From the NCBI GenBank assembly GCA_946965045.2, contig OX337238.1, positions 1,860,001-1,924,000 of the forward strand: a stretch of DNA of 64,000 nucleotides. The letters are read 5' to 3'. Position 1 is the stretch's first letter. Each line of letters begins with the position of its first letter. Under the pieces are notes generated by a model, which was not told the DNA's origin, made no database searches, and saw only the letters and a program-made list of their open reading frames with translations. Shown in pieces: positions 10,902 through 23,110 of this stretch. The position numbers and the translations under genes were made by a program. This stretch comes from Epithemia pelagica (taxonomy: Eukaryota > Protista > Bacillariophyta).

Positions 10902-12737
10902 CTATAGACAAATGGCAGATGCCAGCTGTCGTTGTTTCTTCTCGCCTTTACCAGATGGCAAGTTTTTCTTTTTCTCCGCCTTGACAACGGGTTCGTCCGG
11001 TTTTGCATCCTTTGATGATCTTGTTTCGGAACTGGTCGCATCGAAAACGGATGCCTGGATTGGAGCGGCATTGGTGGGCCTATTTCCCACAGAAAGCAAC
11101 GATAGTTCATCAAGCAGTTCATCCACGTCGATATCTTCTTCCTCTTGTGTTCCCGATGATCCTTTGCTCTCCTCTGGCTTTTCGTTTTCTGCTCTGCAGG
11201 ATACTTGACTCTCTTCTACGGAAGCAACTGGGTCTGGATAGGATTCCAACTCTTTCAAGAGCTCTTCGTCATCGAATTCTGTCTCCACATGGTCCGTGGT
11301 CATGGCCAATGCTGTAGCATCGACTTGTTCCAACTCTTCGGCCAATACGTCGGTAGTTTCCTCCGGAGAGGTAGTTACTGTTTCATGGGAGAGTCGCAAA
11401 TTCTTGAGTGTTTCCGCAGTCTGTTGCATGGCTTGATGAATCAAATGTGTATCTCCTGCCCGTTCCAGAGCCATCTTTTGCTTTTCGAGATTATCCAAAT
11501 GGCCGTAAGAGATATCAATTTCATGCTGAAAGTTCCTCTTTCGTTGAATCTGGAACAACGCTCCCTTCTTATTGCCCTTTGCCTTACAACTCCGGGCATT
11601 TTCGATAGCTTTCCCCGCTTGATCTTCCAATGCTGTTATTCGAGTGTGAATCTGGTCCACGGCGACGTCCAGGTCATAAATAGCCACTTGAACATCGACC
11701 GTTGTGGAAGGATCCGAGACCACAATCAAGTCAGGTTTGCCAAGTTGTTGTCGATTGATCTTTTGAACATGTCCAGATGCCACAAGAATGTCCAGTAGAA
11801 AAGTGAATTGCTGCGAAGGTAGTTTGGATATAAGGGTGGCAGTAGATACATCCGCTTTGTCGTAAGTGGGTTGTGCATTTATCCATTCGTTTACAAGGCC
11901 TAGCGCAGAGCTTCGTGATGACGACTCTTGTAAGGGAACTATCTGAGGAGGCCCGGTTTGTACGATCTGCTTCAAGCATTCCAAACAGGAGAGAGTGAAA
12001 TCCACATTAAGGATTGGTTCTTCCTTGTCCACCGCACACGGCTCACGTTGGACGCGCTGCACGTCAAGGTCCTCTTGGTTGACAATGTAAGTTTCACCGG
12101 CATTGAGAGGTGGAATGTCGTCATAGTCTCCCCGTGTTCCAGCTAATGGGCTCGTCAACATATCGAAGGGCATCATGGCAATGTTGGCGGCTTGGCTGGC
12201 AGCCGAATAAGCGAGTGAGAAAACAGAAGAGGATTTCGAGGGAGTCGCAGCAACTGCTGCAGATTCACTGTCACCAATGTTGGACGACAGTTGAAATCGT
12301 TGAAAAATCTCAAGGGAAGCCTTTTTACGTTCACTCCATAGTAATACATCCTTGTCATAATAGTCTGGAGCGGAAGCAATGTTGTCATATCCGTGGTCGG
12401 CAATTTGCTGAATGCTACAGCAAAGTTCCGATCTCGAAACGCAAGTTGATCGATGTGCTTCTTTCCAGCTGACTGGCGACTTCTTCTTCTTCTTCTTCGT
12501 GTGTGCCTTTGTCATTACTGCTTTGTTTGGTTTCTTGTTCTTTTTCAAATTTTCATTGACATGTCCCGTTCGCGTTGGTGATGACTTTTTCCGTGTCGTC
12601 CGTGGAGAACCGGCAGCTGCAGCAGTTACGGATTTTTCAGCTCGTCTCCCTGGTGAATTCGTCGTCTCGGCTCGTTGTTGCTGCTTCTGCTGACGGTCCT
12701 GATCTTTGCTGGAGGAGAGGCCGAATCCGAAAGGCAT
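10902..12737 (-). CDS. CHMP7: Snf7/ESCRT-III protein with long N-terminal extension (CHMP7-like), 611 aa
   Basis: Snf7 helical core (GNKKGALFQIQRKRNFQHEI...LDNLEKQKMALE...IHQAMQQTAETLK) and acidic tail (DDEELLKELE). The extended N-terminal half is typical of CHMP7 rather than other ESCRT-III subunits. Confidence 0.72.
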   Translation of the reverse strand: MPFGFGLSSSKDQDRQQKQQQRAETTNSPGRRAEKSVTAAAAGSPRTTRKKSSPTRTGHVNENLKKNKKPNKAVMTKAHTKKKKKKSPVSWKEAHRSTCVSRSELCCSIQQIADHGYDNIASAPDYYDKDVLLWSERKKASLEIFQRFQLSSNIGDSESAAVAATPSKSSSVFSLAYSAASQAANIAMMPFDMLTSPLAGTRGDYDDIPPLNAGETYIVNQEDLDVQRVQREPCAVDKEEPILNVDFTLSCLECLKQIVQTGPPQIVPLQESSSRSSALGLVNEWINAQPTYDKADVSTATLISKLPSQQFTFLLDILVASGHVQKINRQQLGKPDLIVVSDPSTTVDVQVAIYDLDVAVDQIHTRITALEDQAGKAIENARSCKAKGNKKGALFQIQRKRNFQHEIDISYGHLDNLEKQKMALERAGDTHLIHQAMQQTAETLKNLRLSHETVTTSPEETTDVLAEELEQVDATALAMTTDHVETEFDDEELLKELESYPDPVASVEESQVSCRAENEKPEESKGSSGTQEEEDIDVDELLDELSLLSVGNRPTNAAPIQASVFDATSSETRSSKDAKPDEPVVKAEKKKNLPSGKGEKKQRQLASAICL

Positions 12738-13506
12738 ACTTTATATGCTCCTGGGGTAAATGAAACTTCCTTGTCCACAGGAGGAAAACGTCCTTTCTTC
12801 TTCTCTCTGTCATTTTTTTGGGTTCTGTGATGGTCGATTCGTGATTCGATCGCAGAACCGCACATGCACACGCGACACGCGTCACGCGTTCCAATCGTTG
12901 CGTGTATCTGTGTTGAGCAACTTCGTCTTGGTGCCCCTATTTCGTTTAAAATCCACACAAACAAGGTGTCTCTTCGACTTTCGACTATAAAAAAAGACTT
13001 GATCGCTGACGTGAGTTTTGTTTGATGAGACGATTTATTTGCGTTGACGATCAAACCAAGATACTCAAGCAACCCCCTACTCTTAGCTAGCTAGAGCTCT
13101 AGCTACTACCGGTAGTGAGCTACTCCTACTACCTGGTCTCTGAGTACCATAGAAGAGTCGGACAGTTCGTGTCTGAAACATGACTGAGTTAGCCTCGGGA
13201 CACGACACCGCACGGCAGCGTCTTTTTGCTCGCCATTGTTGCGAAGGTAGAAAACAGAAAAGTCCAACCAGAAGATTGTGTATTGACTTCTGTCGGAGTG
13301 GAGAGCAAGAAGGTACTCGAGACATAGAAAATAAGTCCTTTCTGACTTTATTTCAATTGATGTATCGTTTCGTTCGTTCCTGTGCTGGACAACGTGACCT
13401 CTACCACCATTCAATAAGACGGAGCAATTACCACGCAACAACTTTCAGTCGTCGGGCGAGTCGCAAAAGTACGAAAAACAGCTCTCTTGTTGTACAATCA
13501 GGCAAG

Positions 13507-15616
13507 ATGATGAGTCCATCAGGACCCGGAGAAGGACAGGAGAAGAATGAGGACCAAGATAGTTCTCTAACTCCCGAAGAAATTGAACAAAAAGCAAAGA
13601 TGGAAAAAGATTTGGAAAAGGTACGTCGTGCTTACGAATGAGGTTGCTCGGGTGGTCCCTTTATTATTTGATGCCTTCAAGTTATGCCATGTTGTTATGT
13701 GCATCACTCGTAAAGGGAAGAAGAAAAGATCCCACACCAACAGCCGCACCTCGTCGGTATTCGGTCGTTTTGTGGTATAAAATTTCTGGGTAACATGTTT
13801 CATTCCTTACGAGCCTTCTGCAGTCTTGGATGACAGTGTTTCTAACACTTCTTGTCAACACATTCTCTTTTGAAACTGGAAGGAACGAGAAGTTTTTGAT
13901 GCTCTGTTTAGCACGCGAAAGCCGAAGGACGGGTGGGCGGGTCTTTCTAGCGGTCTAAAGAGTGTCGGTAAGGGGGTCGTTGCAGGTGCCGCGAATCTTG
14001 TTGCACAACCCATTGTTGGGGCTCAACAGGCAGGTATGAAAGGATTCTTCACGGGTTTGGCCACCGGCGTTGCCTCCGCGGTGGCGTTACCTGTTGCTGG
14101 TGTTTGCGTCGGTGCGTATCAAGTAGGAAGAGGTCTGGCCAACACAGGAGAAGCTGTCACAAGTGCAAAGAAGGGAATGTTATGGGACGAAGAAAACCGT
14201 GAATGGTATTATTATTCATTGGATAAAGAAGTAGAGCAGCTCAAGGAACAAGAAGCGGAGCTGAAAGAGAAAAAATCAACCAGTAATATAGGCGGTGGAA
14301 CTTCTTTTGGCGCAGAGGAAAGACAAGTGAAGGATCGTGCATACTACGACCTCCTGAAGGTTTCGACGAACGCTACAGATGCAGAACTCAAGAAAGCGTA
14401 CTACAAAGAGGCCAGATTGGTCCATCCTGACAAAAACCCTGGTGATCCCGAGGCTGCGAAGAGGTTCCAAGAGCTTGGACACGCCTATCAAATCTTGAGG
14501 GACGAACATAGTCGAGCTCATTATGACAAAAATGGTGTATCTGAAGACGCCGCCGCAGAAATGAAAGTAACTGACATTGACCCGCACATATTCTTTTCAG
14601 TCATGTTTGGGTCTGAAGCCGTGAGACCCTATATTGGAGAACTGTGGATTGCTGATAAGACTGATACTCTTATGAAAGAACATATGATGCAAGGTGCCGA
14701 ACAACCGGAAGATATGGATGATGAATCGTTTATGACACAGCATGTATTGCGATCGACGGAAGAAAGTCTGAAGCAGAAGAAACGAGAAGTTAAGTGTGCC
14801 ATCAATTTGCGTGAACGCATCGAACCCTTTGTCGACGGATCTCAGGATGAATCGGAGTTTATTGCGGTCTGTCAAGAGGAAGCGGCAAACATAACGAAAG
14901 GTGCGTTTGGCGATGTTTTCTGCACCGCAATTGGTTACGCCTTGGAATCAGAAGCAGACACCTTCATTGGAACACACACAAGTCAGTTTGGTTTGGAAGG
15001 AACAGCCGCCAGTATGCGGAAAAAAGGATATGCGTTCTCAAATCAAATGAGACTAATCGGCGCTGGAATAGGTGCTGCAAGAGCAGGTTCACGTGCATAC
15101 CAGGAAATGGACAAGCTTCAAAAGGAGCAGCAGCAGAAGATGGAAAATGGCGCCGAGGAAGGTGCAAATGGAACGACAACAGCAAGTTCCACTGCTGACA
15201 ACAACCGAACTTCTGACCAGCAACGTCTGAGGCAGGCCACGGAGAAAATTGAAGAGTCTCTTCCAGCGATTCTTGAACTAGCATGGGCCATTAATGTCCA
15301 GGACATCACTCGGACGCTCCGTCATGTTTGCAGACGTCTTTTCCATGACCAAGCCGAATCACTTTCTTTGGAAATGCGCGTGCAGAGGGCAAAGGGTGTG
15401 AAGATTCTTGGTCGAGAATTTTATCAAATGGGTAAAGTGGCAAAATCCACTAGCGTCAGCGAAGTTGATGCGTCGACCATTCGCACTCGGGCAGAAGTCG
15501 CTGCGATGACGGTACTGGCAAAGGCTCAAGGTCAAGAAGTATCAGATAGAGATGCTGAGCAGCTCATTCGACAAGCCCGTGAAATGGAGTCTGCACGACA
15601 ACAACAAGATCTCTAG
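13507..15616 (+). CDS. DnaJ (J-domain) protein with C-terminal X-domain; exons 13507-13620 and 13883-15616
   Basis: J domain YYDLLKV...HPDKNPGDPEA...FQELGHAYQIL. X-domain LELAWAINVQDITRTLRHVC. The phase-0 intron GTACGT(13621)...AAG(13882) joins the two exons in frame. Confidence 0.88.
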
Positions 15617-15725
15617 TAGGCATTGTCTTCGGGTATAAAACGATGGCATCGCTACGAGGAACGTAGGCGACCACCCGACAGAAAGTTTTGAACCGCTTGA
15701 CATTGTAGGACACGCTCTTCTTGAC

Positions 15726-15805
15726 AAAATACTAGTAACATAGTTCTATAGACAATGTCGCATATAAAATACTAGTTACATAGTCCTATAGACGATGTCT
15801 TATAT
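15726..15805. repeat. Tandem duplication, 2 x 40 bp
   Basis: aaaatactagtaacatagttctatagacaatgtcgcatat / aaaatactagttacatagtcctatagacgatgtcttatat. Confidence 0.9.
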
Positions 15806-16591
15806 TGACAACTCCCTCGAGCTTCATCGATCGCATATTTGGCAATAGCTCGAGGACGAGAAAATCATCAACCAAGTACCTAAAAAACAAAAAAACTTCG
15901 ACGAAGTGGGAGGTGCCTAAAGACGGTGCTCGCTCATGGGTCTCTTCTATGAACGTTCTTGTCACACTTGAAAAATCAGATCCATACGGATACACGCATT
16001 CTCTGTCTCCACAATTTCGTTGGCCCCAAGTTCGGCAGTCCTTCTGTTTCCGCTGCAACGCAAATTTGTCGAAAGATAATATCCGGCTTCCTTTGGTTTG
16101 CCTTTGAGAGAATTCCATCCCAGAAGTTTGTCGTGATCTGTTGTCATAAACTTGTCCCCATATCCCAGATGCCATATGCGAGGCCTGTTTTCTCTCTAGT
16201 CTCTACCTAGTCTAGAGTTCCGCTATCTCTTATCAACAAACATCGCTCTCAATGATGATGCTACCTTGCCGCAAGCCCGCATGACGACGACCTACTACCT
16301 CTCTCTACCCCTCTGGCTCTACCAGAGTCGATGCGCGCGTTCGTGTAGGTCTCGCGGCGAGTCTCGCGAGTCGCGTGACGACCCAAATATTTCGCCACAC
16401 AACAAACAAGCACGCACACATTCCAAATTCCAAATCTTTTTAAACATTCCAGATTCCGGAACAGATCCACCTCTTCCTCCTCCCCAATCCCCAATATCTT
16501 CCTCACCACAGTTCCCAAGCACTTTTGACCGAGAAGAAACACAAATTTCAGTCATCTACCTATTCTGTCGCCTTACGACCATATCCCTACC

Positions 16592-17947
16592 ATGAAAACG
16601 AACATGAAAGGTATGAGCCACGGTGCACTGGATAACAAGAGGTTCACCTGCGAACTAACCGTTTTCTGTTCGTCCTCATTGTTGACCTCAGGAATGCTCC
16701 CGACAACTCGATGGAAGAACCTATCCCGTTTGATCGTTCTTTTACGTCGACCTCTAGTTTTCTTCATGATGCTCATGTTGGCTTTACTGTTTTCAATTAA
16801 GACAACAATAGTAGCTCCATGGCAGCTTGCTGATCGTCAAATGCAAACAGAATTTCTGGCTTCGAACAATTCCGTTTCGGAAGAGAATAATATCCATGGT
16901 GATTTCGCTGAAGGAGAAGAAGGCGACGATCGGGAGATTCCACCCCTGCTTCACTATATAGACAAGACAACTCAGTCAATCAAACATGACAAAGTCCAAG
17001 AACTTCTCGATTTCGTAATTGTGGGATTCCCCAAGACGGGAACAACTTTCCTCATGCGAAGCTGGCTTGGATCACACCCGGAGATATGTATGTTTGTAAG
17101 TACCTGGGTTTCAAAGAAAAGGTTCTAGCCACGGGATCAAGAGGGTTTACCGGAGACTTACAGCAACTTTCGTTTTCGCGTGTATATCATACTACCAAAG
17201 CCAGACGAAATGCACATCCGTGAGAATGGCGTTGTCAACTGGACATTAGCAATTGAGCGTATGCACGGTTTGTCATCCACTCTTTTATCGTGCAAAAGGG
17301 CTTTCAAAAGCCCTTCATTCATTCGAAGTCAGACGGGAATGGAAGGCCTCCGTGATGTATGGCCAGACACAAAGCTGGTAATCGGGTTGCGACATCCCGT
17401 TTCGTGGTTCCAGAGCTTTTACAATTACAAGATATATCGCCTCAACTCTACTCTGCCATCTCCAGCAGTGAACATGCCGTGCGGGGCAGATGGTGTTTGC
17501 GTAAGAGATGCAAACTTCCACACTGATATAGCGAAGCTCGCACTGACACCACTCAACAGCAAGAAGGAGATGGACCTTTTGGGTGTCTTTAGGCCATTCA
17601 ATCGAAACGGGGTTCTTGATCAACCGGTTCAGAATGAGGTCTTCCTCTATGAATACTCGGAACTACACACGGAAGATTTGCGTGTGGCTCTCACGAATTA
17701 CTTGGATTTGGAGACACCGTTGAAAAAACTGGGAGAATACCGAAATCATCAAACACTGACTAAGAAGCCGGGTCAAATTGACATATGCGAAGAACGACAT
17801 TCTGAAGTCCGGAGTGTTCTGGTAGAAATTGGAAGTGCAGCTGCTCAATGGATCAAAGAGTTCTTTCTCAAGTCGCCATCTGTCGTGACCACCGGGAGCT
17901 CGTTTGAGGATTCCCTTCTTCAGTGGCAAGTAGACCCCTGCAGTTGA
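16592..17947 (+). CDS. Type II membrane sulfotransferase; exons 16592-17095 and 17201-17947
   Basis: N-terminal TM (LVFFMMLMLALLF), 5'-PSB motif GFPKTGTT, 3'-PB motif LRHPVSWFQSFYNY. The GTAAGT(17096)...AAG(17200) intron is in frame. Confidence 0.88.
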
Positions 17948-18278
17948 TCAACCAACGCGTAAAAGCAATTCAAGTTGCATTTTCACACAAGTCAAGAGCT
18001 GCCATTACCATGGTATCATTTCTACAGCCCTCTTGCTTTCTTCTGTAGATGAATCGTTAGTTGATAGACTAGTTGTTTGTACCGGAGCATTGTCTCCGTA
18101 TAACCGCTTATCTTGCATAGCAACTATTGATAAACTGTTCCTCTATATACTCTGTTTAGATAGCGCATCAATTGATTATCGTCTTAAACTATACACATCT
18201 ACTTTCTTAGTTAGTACTCGTAAACATGGATCCTGAATTTCTGATGTTTCGACACAAAATGCCCATATTGTAGGAGAT

Positions 18279-20597
18279 CTATGAGAGGCTATATACTCTC
18301 ACATCTTCGCCTGTTCCAATCGTAACTGTGTTGCCATTTTCGGAAAAGGCGCAGTCAAGCGGAGGCGCCCCAACGGACTGAGATGCTACTCGAGTCCAGG
18401 CGTTATTGCCGTATTCATAGACTAGGAACCCACCTGTGTTCGTTCCAAAACCAACCAGATCACCTTGCCCACAAACACAACTTCCGATCCCTTCACCCGT
18501 ATCACCGGTAATTGGGCTTCCCAGCTGTGAAAACTCCGCGTTGCCAGATGTGGACGCTTCATAAACTACCACAACACCCTCACCGCTATTCGCGGTCGGG
18601 CCGCCAACGACAAATCTGGAAGCATCGGAGTTCATAAATTCGAGTGCCGTTCCCAATGACGCACCGGAGAAGCTCGAGTCCGTAAACACCTCATCCCAAT
18701 CAGATCCATTCCATTCATAAACTGCAACTTGACCATTTCCGGAAGCCTCACCTGGAGCCCCAACTATCAAGCTAGCCCCATCAGCACTCATGTCCAGGCT
18801 AGATCCTGTAAAGCTTTCTGCACTGCCTTTGATTACTGTTCCAATTGTTTGCCATGATGTCCCCGAGAATGTATACGTATATACTTTGCCAGAGTTCCGG
18901 GTAGTCATGTCGGAGCTAGAATATGCAGCAATAGAAAAGCGCGGAATATCGGTCGCCATGGCAACTGCCCCACCAAATAATCCAGCCGTTTCTGTAACCC
19001 CAAGGCCACCACGAATAGTGCCTCCAATTTCATTCCACTCATTACCGTCGAAGGTAAGATAATAGGCCGCACCATAGCTGTTAGTTACGCTTGTACCGTC
19101 AACATTAACTGTAGCTTCCGTGATGGGGGCACCAACTAAAACAGTAGGGTTTCCATTATCCACGGCCATATCGACAGTCATGCCAAATTCTTCTGTAGTT
19201 CCGTCTGAAATCACTACTGCTCGTTCCTCAATGTCAACTGAGTCTCCTTGTCGGACAAAAGTCAGGACTTGTCCACCATTGCTGCTTGGGTCGCCAATGG
19301 CTATGAATTCACCAGCCATGGCCACTGAAGCGCCAATTGTCTTCTCAGTATCAGAGTCTTGTACGGTCAACAACAAAGATGCTGTTTTGGGGGCCGGTGC
19401 TGGAGGTTGGGCCTGGAAAAGGAGGATAAGTGTGAGGGACTAGGACAAGAGTTGGAAGCGAAACAATAAAACTTTGCGTACCACAGGAGAGGCTGTTGGT
19501 TCTCCTGGTACTGGGGATACCGTTGGTGTCGGAGAGCCTGATGGAGCAGGTGTCCCAGCGGGTCCTGGAGTGACAACGACAGTTCTCGTCTCTTCATCAT
19601 CCTGTAACCATAGAACCAAAACGGTCACTGCACCACCCAATGCAAGAAGCAGGAAGAGGCAAGCAACTGACAAGCAAAAGCACAAACGATATTCATCCAT
19701 GCTATCGACGGTTCTCGCTTTGCTGACGCGAGGGTCGTACGCCACTGGTTGTACCCCTCTGGTATTCGCCAGCTCTTCGTCCTGAAACTGTTCATCATAA
19801 CCTTGTCCGCCATACCCTGATTGGGCATAGGCGGCAGCGCCATACGCAGGGTCTTCTTCATATTGCTCGGCTTCGCCTTGTTCGGCGTACTGATCGTGAC
19901 CGTATTGACCATAGGCCTGCCCATTTTGATCACCTTGGTCATAATCTTCGGTTCCATAAGCGGCCTCGCCATAACCGTCTTCGGGAGTTTCATCATCGAC
20001 CTCAGGTTCAACATCCTCAAGTTCATCAGCATCATCGTACTCCTCGTCCAAATCAACCGGTGGTGTACCCATTCCCTCATCGTCTTCCTCATCGTATTCC
20101 TCCTCCTCCTCTTCTTCGTCTTCCGGCTCCAAAGCTGGGGCTGCATTTGGGTCGTCTTTGTTAAACTCTTCTATCGACATTTCTGATCCACTCGCTTCAA
20201 GTTCGGGAGGATTATCGTCGTCGTCTGCACCGTCGTTTTGCTCAGTTTCATCATCGATATCATCAAGATCATCTCCAGGATCGTCATGATCTCCAACGTC
20301 CTCATCGTCTCCTTCACCGTCGTCTCCGTCTTCTTCTTCGCCGTCTTCATTCCCATCGTCGATTACTTCTTCCACAACATCACCATTCTCGGTGTCTTCT
20401 TCGACGACCTCTTCAAAGGTTTCGACGGTTACTTCTTCAACGTCTTCGCCGCCCTCAGCAGCTTGCCGTTGTCGCGCCATGATTGCGGCCAGTTTGTTTT
20501 GATCGTCTCCTGCCAGAGGCGGTGGTGCCATTGTATTTTTCTCTCCTTTTGGAGAAGCTGAGAAACTTGTAGCAGACTGGCGGAAGGAGCTCGACAT
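18279..20597 (-). CDS. Type II membrane protein: acidic N-terminus, TM, Pro/Thr stalk, 7-blade FG-GAP-like beta-propeller; exons 20597-19482 and 19412-18279
   Basis: Seven blades (GASVAMAGEFIAIGDP, FGMTVDM..VLVGAP, TGSSLDMSADGASLIVGAP, etc.) and TM FCLSVACLFLLLALGGAVTVLVLWL. A phase-0 GT-AG intron at 19481-19413 joins ORFs 19440-20597 and 18279-19376. Confidence 0.85.
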
Positions 20598-21245
20598 GAA
20601 TCAAAGTTGTAGGTAGGCAAGAGACTGTCGCTATGCCGTCTGCTAGTTGCCCTCAGAAAGAAGCAAAAGTGTGGAGGTCGTCACAAACGACCCGTCACTT
20701 CAGCACCTATAACCTCTTGTCAATGGTCTCGCCATAAAAAAGATTTTCGATCCCCGTCAACACAATCTCACACGATTGTCGTTTTCATCGACAGTGGCAG
20801 CTCTCCAATCAGGAGCAACCACAAATCAAAGACGTCGCTTAGAGCTTTCAAACTTTTTCCAACGCAAGAAAGTTCGAGTACGAGTAGAGAGTACTGGTAG
20901 CTACTGGATAAATTCATAAGTAGCTCCAACCAGTTTCCTAAAACTATATCGACTTAACCCTCATCCTGTTGGTGAAATTGCCCATGAAGAATTTAGCCTG
21001 ACTACCAGGGTTAGCCCAATACGATGTCGAGGTAGAGGCCATCAGTTACTCCTTCTTTGTACGATCATCCACGTACAGAGAAGTCGTGGATGAGATTGTA
21101 CTGGATCTCTTTTCGTCGAGCGTGCCCGCGTTCACACGAGCGGATCCTTGCGGGAATTAAAAGGTAGTTCTTCTAGTTGTGTACTTGTATTTGTAGTACC
21201 TACTATCTTGCTCAGTGTAAGTTAAGTTTCCGTTGCGGATTTGAA

Positions 21246-22622
21246 CCCTCGGTATCAGTGTCCACTGCTTAGCTGTTTTTTGTCTGTGCCACCTTCATAG
21301 GTTCCCAAGTGGACACAGACAGGAAATTTCACTTTTCGTCTGTCCTTTTCACCAATATGATTCCTCGTGCTGGTGGAAATGCCGGCGTGCAAGTAGCCGT
21401 TGGCGGTTGGCACCTTCCTGTGACCGTGACCACGATTCAAATTTGGAATCCTTTCATACTAGTCACAAAAAATTTCACGCGGTGTCAAAAACATCGACAT
21501 TGACCATGAAGCGAGCTCTTTACGAATCCTTGTGACCTGAAGCAGTATTTTGGTTGGTTTTCTCTCTTGCTACTTGTTGTTTGTCTCTTAGCTTCTTTCA
21601 TGCCCTGCATAGTTTTCTCACACGTTATCTCATTTATCTTTGTCCATGTTAAAGTTGATGGTTTGTTCTCCTTTGATTTCGTCGCAATGAAACGGAGGAC
21701 AAGTCATTGTAGGCCATTTGCCACAACTTTTCCTTTGCTTTATTCGTAGTGCTGTTTGATTGTTGGTTGGTTGTCTTCATATCTTTGTAGCATGTTTTTT
21801 TACACTCATCATTGTGTTTTGCCCATCCATCATCCGTGTCGACCACAGAACCTTTCGTTGAGTGGTAGATCTAGATGACGACAACTGCAGCATCTTGTTG
21901 TCACTAGTCCTACTATAACTAGAGGAGTAGTCGTCATGGATCATAGAGTCTATCGGATATGCTGGAAGATGGCTTCTTACCTGCTTCAGAGTGTCATGGT
22001 TGTTGAAAACAAGGAAATAACACGCTGCAACGGTCTTACAAAACCTATGAAAGATGAGAACTAAACTACAGATAAAAACTCCTCCAAAATTCAAAGAAAA
22101 GAAGCTCTATGTTGTGGTTTCCAATTTTAAGCCGAGGCTGGAATGGAGAATAGGCATTCCATAGGCACAAAACTTTCGCTCTCAAAGAAGTGGAGAGAGA
22201 CAGTTGGCGAATGGAGAATATCAGAAGAGAAAAACGAATACAAGAGTGAGGGAGAAGTTAGAATGACAGTACAAGAGCTGTTGTCATGGAAACATTTTGT
22301 GCGTTCAAACTTACCTCAATTGCATGAAAGGCGACAATTCATGCCATGCCATTGTGAACTGTGATGGCCTCTGTGTGATTTTATGGCGGATTTGGATGGC
22401 GCATTCTGCGAAGACCAACCAACCGTCATCCACGCAGGGCCGCTTGCTGGGCTTGCGTCTGTTTCATGAACTGTGAAAACTCCAGCTGGGTATGCGCGCC
22501 AATTTGCTTTTTAGCCATTTCAATTTGAGACAAAAAGGAAATTTCCTGTCTGTGTCCACCTGGGAACCTATGAAGGTGGCACAGACAAAAAACAGCTAAG
22601 CAGTGGACACTGATACCGAGGG
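21246..22622. mobile_element. Non-autonomous DNA transposon with ~85-bp terminal inverted repeats
   Basis: ccctcggtatcagtgtccactgcttagc...ggaaatttc (21246-21330) is the reverse complement of ~22538-22622, with 1 mismatch seen. No TSD or transposase ORF recognised. Confidence 0.8.
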
Positions 22623-23110
22623 ATCTAATCTGTCTAGTAGAGCGAAGACGGTTAACTCCTTCTACAGAAAACTCTATACTCTTCTACTACTTCCCGATCA
22701 TTTTTTATTTTAGATTTTCTCGTATTGCGATCATAGATCATGCCTCTCAACTTTCGAGGTGTAGCTGGTAGCTGGGCAATTCAAACGTTGACAGCCAAAA
22801 GAGCAAAGAGAATCGGGCTCCCCCGTCACTTTCTCTGGGGTCTACTTTTAGACTTTATAATATATCCGTCGAGTCATTAATCCTTTTTTCAGAAGCCTCC
22901 CGGGACTTGGCCTCATTATTATTTCTTGTCTCATGGTAAAATATTGAAATATGTCTTTTGTCGAGAAAATGACCTCGGAATTTTGTCGATCTCCAAATTT
23001 TGCTTCATCTTCGGCTCATCTCGAATGAACATCGTCTGTCGAAAGTCAACAATCAAAACCACAAACTCGTCAGAAAAACACAATAGATATCGTGGGATCC
23101 AGTGAGCAAA

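Noticed and set aside
15786-16228. Short ORFs (129, 100 and 83 aa) between DnaJ and the sulfotransferase
   Set aside because: Overlapping on both strands with no recognisable motif; cannot be supported as genes.
21640-22100. Merlin/IS1595-like 'GSVVDTDDGW' fragment inside the long-TIR element
   Set aside because: A single short resemblance, with no other transposase motifs and no 8-bp TSD.
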